DNA of 64,000 nucleotides, taken from Planctomycetia bacterium (lineage in GTDB: Bacteria; Planctomycetota; UBA8108; SXIK01). Of this stretch, positions 8,512 through 17,163 are shown in pieces. The position numbers were made by a program, and so were the translations under genes. The DNA lies in contig SXIK01000008.1 in assembly GCA_005772855.1 (NCBI GenBank), forward strand, positions 11,344 to 75,343. The letters run 5' to 3'. The notes beneath the pieces are model-generated. The model had not been told where the DNA came from. It worked only from the letters and a program-made list of their open reading frames with translations, and did no database searches. Numbering within the stretch: position 1 is the first letter of the stretch; each line of letters opens with the position of its first letter.

Positions 8512-10242
8512 GTGGAGACGAGGAGAGGCATCCCAGTCTCACCAGGGATTTGCCTTGGCGAGGCGGTCGTCCTCGGCCACGAGGACCTTCGAATCGAAGT
8601 TCGAACGATCCTGCCAGAGAACGTCGAGGCGGAGATCCATAAGTTCGACAGTGCCGTCGCGAGAGTTGTCGAGGAGATCACCCAGGAAATCACCAGATTT
8701 GGAGATACCCTCCGAATTACGCGCCAGATCCTGGAGAGCCACCGGGGAATGGTTACTGACCCAGGGTTGCGGGAGGAAATCGTCTCGCGCATCCGCGATA
8801 GCCACCAGAGTGCCGAATATGCCCTGACGCTCGTCCTGCGTGGTTACCACAAGCGGTTCGAGCAGATGGAGTCGGAATACCTCTCCGAACGATCACACGA
8901 CCTCGCGGACATCGAGCGAAAGCTACTGCGGGCCTTGCTGGGGAAACAGCTTGCAAGGCTACAGGAGCGCGGCAGCGATGCGGTCCTCGTGGGGCACAAC
9001 CTGACCCCCGGCGAGGCAGTAACCTTGGATCCGAACTGGGTGAAAGCCTTCGCCATCGACGTGGGAGGTCGAACCTCACACACGGCAATCATGGCCCGTG
9101 CGCTGCAGATACCTGCGGTGGTGGGTCTCAAGAACATCTCGGAACTGATCTCCGGGGGCGAGCAAGTCGTTGTGGATGGTTACACGGGGCTCGTGATCAT
9201 TGATCCAGACTCGAAGACTCTTGAGCTCTATCGAGGTCGCGCAACGAGCTCACGGGATTTCTATCGCCGTCTTCACCGTGAGATCGGCCTACCTGCCGAG
9301 ACGGTCGACGGCTACACGATCAGCCTGGCGGCCAATATCGAGATGCCGCAGGAGATCCATGTGGCGCTCGAGTGGGGCGCTTGCGGGATTGGGCTTTACC
9401 GCACCGAGTTCCTCTACGAGAAAGGGGAACCGGACGAGGAGCTGCACTTCCGAACCTACAAGAAGGCGATTCGGGACTTGAAAGGAAAGTACCTCGTCAT
9501 TCGAACGCTGGATGCCGGCGCCGACAAGTTTCACCGGGAGGCTGTGGGAGGTCACGAGCACAACCCTTTCCTGGGCTGCCGGTCGATCCGTCTATGTTTT
9601 CAGCGCCCCGAGCTCCTCAAGGATCAGCTTCGCGCTATCCTTCGAGCATCGGTTTTCGGACCGGTACGCATCCTGTTTCCGATGATCTCGAGCCTTGATG
9701 AGCTTCGTGGGGCCCGGGCCATGCTGAAGGAGGTCGAGGATGGGCTCACCCGAGACGGCATCGAATTCAACAGTAATATTCCTGTGGGGATCATGGTTGA
9801 GATCCCCTCCGCCGCACTGCTTGCTGACATCTTCGCCAGAGAGGTGGACTTTTTCAGCATTGGGACCAATGATCTCATTCAGTACTGTTTGGCAGTGGAT
9901 CGCGTGAACGAGCGGGTGGCACACCTCTATCAGCCAGCCCACCCTGCCATTCTCAGGCTGGTGGCCGGGGTGATTGATGCCGGGAGACGCCATGGTATCG
10001 ACGTATCTATTTGTGGTGAGATGTCCAGCGAACCCATCTACACGATCTTGCTACTTGGGCTTGGGCTGCGGAGCTTCAGCGTGAGCCCCATCTCGATCCC
10101 CACAGTGAAGCGGCTCATACGCCAGCTCAACATGCGGGATGCTGCCGAGGTGGCAAAGGCCTGTCAGCAGTTCGAGACTTCCGAGGAGACTCTGGCCTTC
10201 ATTGAGTCTCGCGTGAAGAAGTTCCTTCCAGACTTTTCCTGA
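8512..10242 (+). CDS. ptsI: PTS Enzyme I without a GAF domain
   Basis: [57 protein letters not shown] 8512 has AAGGAG upstream; TTG 8479 is an alternative start. Confidence 0.96.
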   Translation: METRRGIPVSPGICLGEAVVLGHEDLRIEVRTILPENVEAEIHKFDSAVARVVEEITQEITRFGDTLRITRQILESHRGMVTDPGLREEIVSRIRDSHQSAEYALTLVLRGYHKRFEQMESEYLSERSHDLADIERKLLRALLGKQLARLQERGSDAVLVGHNLTPGEAVTLDPNWVKAFAIDVGGRTSHTAIMARALQIPAVVGLKNISELISGGEQVVVDGYTGLVIIDPDSKTLELYRGRATSSRDFYRRLHREIGLPAETVDGYTISLAANIEMPQEIHVALEWGACGIGLYRTEFLYEKGEPDEELHFRTYKKAIRDLKGKYLVIRTLDAGADKFHREAVGGHEHNPFLGCRSIRLCFQRPELLKDQLRAILRASVFGPVRILFPMISSLDELRGARAMLKEVEDGLTRDGIEFNSNIPVGIMVEIPSAALLADIFAREVDFFSIGTNDLIQYCLAVDRVNERVAHLYQPAHPAILRLVAGVIDAGRRHGIDVSICGEMSSEPIYTILLLGLGLRSFSVSPISIPTVKRLIRQLNMRDAAEVAKACQQFETSEETLAFIESRVKKFLPDFS

Positions 10243-10576
10243 CTTGCCAGGTCTCGACTCGGAGTACCTGAAAACGAAGGGCATCCATTTCCGGCACGCG
10301 GGCGACTCGTGATGGACGGCGTGTGCACGGTTTGTCAGTGAAGGTGCTGGCGAATAACAGCCGCTGAGCACACCCGTGGAGTCTTCGTTCTTCCCCAGCG
10401 GGACTGATAAGGCCTGCCTCTTGCCCACAGTTTCGAAAGGCTATCAAGTCGCACGGTAGTCTTCTCCGATCCTCTGTTGGTTTCACAACTCCTAAAGCTG
10501 TTCATGGCCCTTTGTGGATCGATTAACTCTCGTGGGTTATCGCCTGGGGCCCAGCTGTACAAAAGCGGATGGGTCT

Positions 10577-11617
10577 ATGCTGGGTAAGAAAAAGAGCTTA
10601 GTCGGGCTCGACATCGGCTCGAATGAAGTCAAGGCGATCGAGTTAACCCAGATCGGCGACCAGCTGAAAATTACTGGGTTCGGTCATGCTCCAATACTCT
10701 CGAAAGATGGGCTAAAGGACACCATCTCCGAAGTTTTTCGTCGCTCCGGTATAAAGACGAAGCGCGTTGCGACGGCCGTTTCAGGCAGGGCAGTGATTGT
10801 CCGTTATATCAACATGATGAAGATGGCGGACGATGAGTTGAAAAGTGCGCTCCGGTTCGAGGCCGATAAATACATCCCCTTTCAGGTGGACGAGGTTGTG
10901 TTGGACTGCACGCGCCTTCCCGATTTCGGGGAGCCAACCTCGCCAGACGCCGAGAAGGAAATGAAAGTTCTCTTGGTTGCTGTCAAGCAGACACTGATCG
11001 AGGAGCACTTGCAAGTCATTCAGAGCCTTGGCCTCACGCCGACAGTCATCGACGTGGACACCTTTGCACTTGGCAACGCGTTCGAGCTCAGTTCGATGCA
11101 TAGCCCCCGGGTGGAGGACGAAGAGAAAGTCTTCGCCTTGGTCGACGTCGGATCGTTGAAGACGAATATCAATATTATCAAGAACAACACTTCTTACTTT
11201 TCGCGCGAAGTCTACCTGGCAGGTAATGATTTCACCGAAGCGATCGCAAGAAGGCTCGGGACTGATAATGCCGAGGCAGAAAAGCTGAAGCTAAATCCCC
11301 AAGGAAAAGAAGAGGCGATCGAGGAGAGCATTCTGCCGACTCTGGACGACCTGGGAAATGAGATCCACCTTTCGTTCGACTACTACGAGAATCAGTATGA
11401 CCGTGAGGTCGACGAGGTCTTTATTTCGGGCGGGAGCGCAAAAATCTGCGGGTTAAAGGCGGCCTTCGAGCGAGTCTTCGATCGAAGGGTTCATGGCTGG
11501 GACCCGACAGAAAATCTCGAAGTCAAGAGCGATCGTGTCGATTTACAGGACATGAAGGACCACAGCGCGCAGCTTAGCGTGGCGGTTGGCCTCGCGTCTA
11601 GAATTCTCGATCGGTAA
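10577..11617 (+). CDS. pilM: Type IV pilus assembly protein PilM (actin/FtsA-like)
   Basis: VGLDIGSNEVKAIEL, EADKYIPF, ALVDVGS, AGNDFTEAI, FISGGSA, VAVGLA. Confidence 0.92.
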   Translation: MLGKKKSLVGLDIGSNEVKAIELTQIGDQLKITGFGHAPILSKDGLKDTISEVFRRSGIKTKRVATAVSGRAVIVRYINMMKMADDELKSALRFEADKYIPFQVDEVVLDCTRLPDFGEPTSPDAEKEMKVLLVAVKQTLIEEHLQVIQSLGLTPTVIDVDTFALGNAFELSSMHSPRVEDEEKVFALVDVGSLKTNINIIKNNTSYFSREVYLAGNDFTEAIARRLGTDNAEAEKLKLNPQGKEEAIEESILPTLDDLGNEIHLSFDYYENQYDREVDEVFISGGSAKICGLKAAFERVFDRRVHGWDPTENLEVKSDRVDLQDMKDHSAQLSVAVGLASRILDR

Positions 11618-11637
11618 GCAGCAAGGAAATTCCCTCC

Positions 11638-12309
11638 ATGATCCGCATTAATTTACTTCCCAAAGAGCTTCAGCATGCAGCTCAAACGCCCGCCAAGCTG
11701 TTCATCACGGTGCTGGCTTGTGTGGCTCTTGGCCTCGTCCTGGTTTGCACCTACATTTACTTCTGGTTCAGCGTCATCGTCTTTCAGGAGCGCGTGGAGC
11801 GCAAGAAAGATGAAGTCGAGCAGCTCCAGAAGGCTGCGGCTGAGGTGGATGCCCTGCTGGACGACATCGCCGAATACAAGGAGCGTGAGAAGGCTATTAT
11901 CAGTATCAAGACCAACCGTGTGCTTTGGTCGAAGAAACTGGATGAACTTACAAGAATCACCCCTTCCTATGTCTGGATAGTTAGACTCGACATGCGGGAG
12001 CTCGATCCCAGTGAATACAAGTGGGACCAGAAGCAAACGCAGACCGGCGGTTTCCTGCGGCTGAAATGCTATTCACTTGGTAACGACGTTGATCGCATGA
12101 CAGCCTACAGGAAGACCCTCAAGAGCGCCGATGAGTTTTATCTGAAATTCATGCAAGAACAGGTCAAGCCTGAAAATTTTTACTCTGATTTTGTCAATAT
12201 TACTCAGCCAGAGTGGCGACTTGTATTGCTGAAAGGGTTCAGAGAACCAACCAATATTCGTTTTTCGGTTCGCCTCGACCTCAGGCCACTAGTGGAGCGC
12301 AAGGCATAG
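11638..12309 (+). CDS. pilN: Type IV pilus assembly protein PilN
   Basis: N-terminal MIRINLLP PilM-binding motif, one TM segment, coiled coil, and WSKKLDELTRITPSYVWI. Confidence 0.85.
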   Translation: MIRINLLPKELQHAAQTPAKLFITVLACVALGLVLVCTYIYFWFSVIVFQERVERKKDEVEQLQKAAAEVDALLDDIAEYKEREKAIISIKTNRVLWSKKLDELTRITPSYVWIVRLDMRELDPSEYKWDQKQTQTGGFLRLKCYSLGNDVDRMTAYRKTLKSADEFYLKFMQEQVKPENFYSDFVNITQPEWRLVLLKGFREPTNIRFSVRLDLRPLVERKA

Positions 12310-12311
12310 TC

Positions 12312-12950
12312 ATGGTCAGACTCAACGACAAGCAGAAGATCTTCGTGGCAGCGGGAATCTTTGTTCTCGTGACCGGCGGACTTGGCGCTCTGAACTACCT
12401 GAAGTACCGCGAGCGTGCGCAGCTTCAGGCTCAGATCAACAAGTATACCGAGGAGGAGCAGGTTGCGACCGCCAAGATCAAGCAGATTCCAGAACTTCGC
12501 GAAAAGCGGGCCAAGCTCATCAGTAATCTCGAGCAGTACGCGGAAATTCTCCCAAGAGAAGAGCACGTCCAGCACGAGGCTTTCATGGAAATTATCGATG
12601 GGTACCGCAAGGACTCCAAGATTGTGATCCAGAAGGCTGAATACGTGAAAGTCAAGGAGGATGAAAAAGCGCCCAAGCAGGACAGCTTCATTCGGCATCG
12701 CTACAAGTTCAAACTGCTTGGAACGGTTCCGGATTTTGTTGAGTTTGTTAACAAGATTGAAAACCACACGCGATTTCTCAAGGTTGACACATTCAACATC
12801 CGGCCGCTTGGAACCATGGAGGAAAGCGGTGCTGAGCTGGACGACAAGGCCGACGACACGGAACTGAGTGCGGCGAGTGATCCCATCAAGGAAATTGAGC
12901 TCACGGTCAGCACGTACACCTATTCGAGGGGCGAGGCCAAGAAAGTATAG
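12312..12950 (+). CDS. pilO: Type IV pilus assembly protein PilO-like
   Basis: N-terminal TM, coiled coil, EILPRE, LLGTVPDFVEFVNKIE; position after pilN. Confidence 0.75.
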   Translation: MVRLNDKQKIFVAAGIFVLVTGGLGALNYLKYRERAQLQAQINKYTEEEQVATAKIKQIPELREKRAKLISNLEQYAEILPREEHVQHEAFMEIIDGYRKDSKIVIQKAEYVKVKEDEKAPKQDSFIRHRYKFKLLGTVPDFVEFVNKIENHTRFLKVDTFNIRPLGTMEESGAELDDKADDTELSAASDPIKEIELTVSTYTYSRGEAKKV

Positions 12951-12952
12951 TC

Positions 12953-14542
12953 ATGACGCATCGCACAGAGAAGGTACTAACAAACAGAATCGTTGAGCCC
13001 GGAGAAGAGTTTCCCGTCCCGGCCATTCGTTGCCTGGGGGCCATGAGGAGTGTTCTGGATCTGATCAATGGCAGGCCAGGTGCACCCCCCCCGGGAAGGA
13101 GCACTGCATTCCAGCGGCCGATTTCAGGGACTGGCCTCCTCGGCGCCGTTCTCGGAACCGCCATCGTCCTTGCTTTGTGCGGTGGAACACGTCGCCTGGA
13201 GGCCCAGGCGCCACAGGTCCAGGTGGAGGATGAAGTTCGGGCTGCCCTGCCCTCGGGCAAACCCACCCTGGATGCGCCACAGAATCCCGACGCAGCGCCG
13301 GGGGCGAACAGTCTGTGGAATGTGATCTCGAAAGGCGTCGGCGGTTCCGGAGCTCAGAGCGGCATGGGGGCTGGGCCACCTGAGGCTGGTGCGAACGAGG
13401 AGATGCAGAAAAAGGTCAATGAGCATGTGCGCCTTGCGCACCAAAACATGGAGAAGGGTCGTGTCTCGGAGGCTCTGAAGAATGTCAACGAGCTGGTCTC
13501 CCTGCGGCCTTACGAGTCAGAATACCACCTCGCGCTGGGGCTCTGTTTCCGGCGTGAAGGCAAGTATGCCGAGGCACAGAAAAAATACCAGGATGCGCTG
13601 GACCTGGGTGGGCCCAAGGCGCTTGTCGCTCTACTGAAAGCAGAGGCTGCCGCAGCGGAGGGCAAGCATGAAAAGGTCTTTGAGCTCTTGAAAGAAGCAG
13701 CGATCGGAGGACGAAACATCATCAATGATGTCCGGCTCTTGCCCCTGCTGAGCGTATTCCAGAATGACTCGGAATTTGTGAAGCTGGCTCTCCAGCTTGA
13801 GCATGTGACAGTCACATCCACCAGGTCGTTTGACCCTTTCACGAATCCTTTTCCTCGATCCGACCTGAAAGGGGACAAGGGTGGGCAAAATATTGCGGAA
13901 ACTGTTACGGCCCTGGCTCCCGAGGAGCAAGAAAAGCTCCTGCAAGAGGCCCGCAAGACCCTGGAGCGTGTTCTCTTCTATATTAAACTTGACGATGACA
14001 ACAAGGCCATGAAAGCCTACGGTAGTTTGAAAGAGATGATTCGTAAGAAGGAAATGATTACGGTTCCGCGAATCATTAATGACTTCAAGAGTTTGGCCAG
14101 CCGACTTGAGAGCCTCGAGGTAGAGATCCAGGGAATTCGCCTGAAGTACTACTACAATCTCGCACAGTCCAAGTTGAAGCAAATGAAGGACTCCTTCATG
14201 GACGGAGAGTATGAGAAGGTCGAAGGCACTCACGGCGAAGTGATCAAGTTGACGCAGGAAATGGAGGCGACCAATGCCAACTACAAGCCAGTCGCCGAGC
14301 AGATTGTAAGTGCCTCCAGCAAATGGGTAGCACGAGCGCGGGTCCGTCAGGATTTCGAATCGCGGAAGCCAAGCATACAGGGCATTGTCATTTCAGATGA
14401 TGCGAAGGTCGCGCTGCTGAATGATCGTTTTGTGAAACAGGGAGAGTACTTGGACGATGTTCGCATTGTAAAGGTGGAGTCGAACAAGGTGACTTTCCGA
14501 TACAAAGGGGAAGAGATTCCCTTGATTTTCAGACGGTATTGA
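12953..14542 (+). CDS. Exported TPR/coiled-coil protein with C-terminal PilP/GspB/MshK-like beta domain; start uncertain (12953 or 13043)
   Basis: Hydrophobic segment ending LEA-Q, TPRs (EYHLALGLCFRREGKYAEAQKKYQDAL), RSFDPFTNPF, and C-terminal SIQGIVISDDAKVALLNDRFVKQGEYLDDVRIVKVESNKVTF. It sits in the pilP slot between pilO and the secretin. Confidence 0.7.
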   Translation: MTHRTEKVLTNRIVEPGEEFPVPAIRCLGAMRSVLDLINGRPGAPPPGRSTAFQRPISGTGLLGAVLGTAIVLALCGGTRRLEAQAPQVQVEDEVRAALPSGKPTLDAPQNPDAAPGANSLWNVISKGVGGSGAQSGMGAGPPEAGANEEMQKKVNEHVRLAHQNMEKGRVSEALKNVNELVSLRPYESEYHLALGLCFRREGKYAEAQKKYQDALDLGGPKALVALLKAEAAAAEGKHEKVFELLKEAAIGGRNIINDVRLLPLLSVFQNDSEFVKLALQLEHVTVTSTRSFDPFTNPFPRSDLKGDKGGQNIAETVTALAPEEQEKLLQEARKTLERVLFYIKLDDDNKAMKAYGSLKEMIRKKEMITVPRIINDFKSLASRLESLEVEIQGIRLKYYYNLAQSKLKQMKDSFMDGEYEKVEGTHGEVIKLTQEMEATNANYKPVAEQIVSASSKWVARARVRQDFESRKPSIQGIVISDDAKVALLNDRFVKQGEYLDDVRIVKVESNKVTFRYKGEEIPLIFRRY

Positions 14543-14770
14543 TTCTTTTCGAAAAGCCGTGCAGCAGTATCGAGGAATCACAGCAGAGATTTGTAACACG
14601 CGAAGTTGAAGTTGATTATTTCCAATGCGGACTCTCCCTGGTGGGAGTGACGGTGCCGCTCGTGTCTAGGAATGTGGGTTGAGCCCTTCAAAGGCTTGAC
14701 CTCAACGGAATAAACACTCAAGGTTTGGGTTGGCCTCGTAGGCAATCGAGGCGATACCGTTGGAGGAACC

Positions 14771-16759
14771 ATGCGGTTGAAGTCTTTCAGGGTGGCATTT
14801 TTCGGTAGCCGAGGCCTTTGGGCTCTCTGCGCCATTGTCTCAACGTTCACTGCTCTCAAGGGGCAGGAGCCGACACAAGACGTCGAGGCGGTGAAAGGCG
14901 CCACGAATATTCAGGATTACAATACAAGTCCTGAACAGTCTGCGAACGACAACCGTGAGTATATTTGGCTCGATGTCAAGGGCAAGGATCTTCATGAAAT
15001 CCTTGCCTCAATCTCGAAGCGTGTTGACGTAAACATCATCGCCGACCCGGAAGTGAAGGAAAAAGTCACTATCCAGCTGGACCGGGTTGAGTGGCGAAAC
15101 GCGCTCGCTGTCATCGCCCGGCAAACAAATTGCAGAATCATCGAGGAGAGCGACCGTCTGATTCGCTTTTCTCAGCCGCCGTCGATCAGCATGGAGTTCC
15201 AGGACGCGGATATCAAGATCGTCCTCGAACTCCTCGCGAAACAGGCTGGCGCCAACATTGTCATGAACGCCGACGTGCAGGGCAAGGTGAGCCTGAGCCT
15301 GCGCGAGGTCCCCTGGCGTGAGGCTCTGGACACGATCGTGAAGACGGCAGGGTATGTTGTCGTGAAATCCGAGACGTCATCTGGAAACGAGATCATCCGC
15401 GTCGTGCGCCCCGAGTCTCTCAAGGAGCAGCTCGAGTCGCGCACCTTCCGTCTCTTGTACGTGAGGCCGGACGATCCCTATGGCGCGATCATGAGCGACA
15501 TCGAAAAGTGGTCCAAGACTCCGGGCGGGGGGCGTCCATCCTCTGGCGGAGGAGGTGGTGCAGACCGAGACATTGGCGGAGGTGGTGAGTCGAGCAGTCG
15601 GGGCGTCTCGTCCAGCGACGAGCCCTTCAGCCTCGAATCAGCGCTGCAGAAGGCGATTTCCAAGGACGGTTCGCTTCAGTACGACAAGTATACGAACACG
15701 TTTATCGTGAAAGACATCAAGCCGAAGCTTGACGAAATCGCGGAAATGATTCACCTCATTGATGTGAGGCCGGCTCAGGTGTTCGTCGAGGTCAAGTTCA
15801 TCCGGACGACGAACGCGGATCTACTCGAGCGCGGGATCAAGTTCGACTTGCCGAACACCCCAGAGCGGGACGGATTCCAGATCACCGCCCGGGGCGCTGA
15901 TCCAGACAGCACGTCATCGGATCCGCTCCGCCTCTTTGGTGGCACGTTTCCTTTCGACATTGGCCGTATCGACAATGTGCCCAAGGATTTCCAGGCCCTG
16001 GGCATCCTCGACTTCACGCAGACCCGACTTGTTCTCAGCATGATCAAGGATGATGAAAACAGCCGTATCGTGCAGGAGCCAATGCTCAACATGCTTGATA
16101 ACAAGCCAGGAACGATATTTGTTGGTGAAACGGTGCCTTTTGCAGTTCAGAAGATTCAGTCGGACCAAAACGGAAACATCACGGTTGCCATCGACGAGAA
16201 CAAGAGGTCGCCGATCAACATTGGCTTCACGCTCTACTTGACTCCCCACGTGATCCCGGGAACGGACATGGTGGACTTGACCGTGATTCCCAAGGTCTCG
16301 GCTCTCTCTGGAACGACCTCTGCGATCGAAGGATTCGAGCGCTTTTCGTTCACTTCCGAGGATTCAGGCACCCAGTCCTTTATCGACCTGCCCCGGGAGT
16401 CGGCGCAGACGGTCGTTACCTCCCTCAGGGTACATGACAGGCACACGGCGGTCATCGGAGGCCTGCAGACCGAGAGAAAGACGGAGATTGAGAGCAAGGT
16501 TCCCATTCTTTCGAGCATTCCCATTCTTGGGAATTTCTTCACCTGGCGGAGAAAAAAGAACAACATCGACTCCCTGATCATCATGATCACGCCCCATATC
16601 GTGAAGAACGTCGGGGACGAGGACAAGATTCTTGAGGATGCCAACAACAGGCACAAGGAAAAGGACTTTTTCTACCAGAAGTATGAAAAGCCCGTGCAGG
16701 AGAGCGAGCCGCAGAAGTCGGGGGCCAAGACTGCCGACACGCAAGTCCAGGGAAACTAA
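14771..16759 (+). CDS. pilQ: Secretin (PilQ/GspD family) with two N0-like domains
   Basis: Signal peptide, ISMEFQDADIKIVLELLAK..VSLSLREVPWREALDTI, IDVRPAQVFVEVKF, TAVIGGL, KVPILSSIPILGNFF, LIIMITPHIV. Confidence 0.88.
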   Translation: MRLKSFRVAFFGSRGLWALCAIVSTFTALKGQEPTQDVEAVKGATNIQDYNTSPEQSANDNREYIWLDVKGKDLHEILASISKRVDVNIIADPEVKEKVTIQLDRVEWRNALAVIARQTNCRIIEESDRLIRFSQPPSISMEFQDADIKIVLELLAKQAGANIVMNADVQGKVSLSLREVPWREALDTIVKTAGYVVVKSETSSGNEIIRVVRPESLKEQLESRTFRLLYVRPDDPYGAIMSDIEKWSKTPGGGRPSSGGGGGADRDIGGGGESSSRGVSSSDEPFSLESALQKAISKDGSLQYDKYTNTFIVKDIKPKLDEIAEMIHLIDVRPAQVFVEVKFIRTTNADLLERGIKFDLPNTPERDGFQITARGADPDSTSSDPLRLFGGTFPFDIGRIDNVPKDFQALGILDFTQTRLVLSMIKDDENSRIVQEPMLNMLDNKPGTIFVGETVPFAVQKIQSDQNGNITVAIDENKRSPINIGFTLYLTPHVIPGTDMVDLTVIPKVSALSGTTSAIEGFERFSFTSEDSGTQSFIDLPRESAQTVVTSLRVHDRHTAVIGGLQTERKTEIESKVPILSSIPILGNFFTWRRKKNNIDSLIIMITPHIVKNVGDEDKILEDANNRHKEKDFFYQKYEKPVQESEPQKSGAKTADTQVQGN

Positions 16760-16821
16760 GACTCTGGCCTTCGATGGCGTCAGAAAGTCATCGAAAAGGT
16801 GATGGGTTCTGAGTATCATGT

Positions 16822-16868
16822 GCCGTGGGAGAGAGCTTCAAGAAGCTCTCTCCCACGGCGTTTTTTTT
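16822..16868 (+). terminator. Rho-independent terminator ending pilus operon 1
   Basis: Perfect 17-bp stem GCCGTGGGAGAGAGCTT / AAGCTCTCTCCCACGGC with a CAAG loop, followed by G and eight T. Confidence 0.92.
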
Positions 16869-17163
16869 GGCAGCGCGCTGTCAGGTCACTACAGCTCTGC
16901 TGCAGGGAGCAGGAGAAATAATTTCAGAGCCACCGAAAGGCGAATTGCCCGTTGAGGACGAAACGAAAGCGTGATGGCTTGCAGCCTCGCCGCCGAGCGA
17001 CACCAAGTGCCGGTGACAGGCTCTCTCTGGCGCGATCTTGCGGCCGGGTGAGCACGACGAAAGCAAGAGATTTCAAGGCGCGGCGAGTCCCACCTTGTCC
17101 TGCGTCTTCACTTGTTGCAACCTCAACGCTTGTAGCCCCTTCGTAGCTTGGAGGAAGAAGCCC

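Noticed and set aside
16900-16980. Glycine riboswitch or hammerhead ribozyme (CACCGAA, GAAA loops)
   Set aside because: The CTYTCAGG segment of the glycine riboswitch and the CTGATGA hammerhead core are absent.
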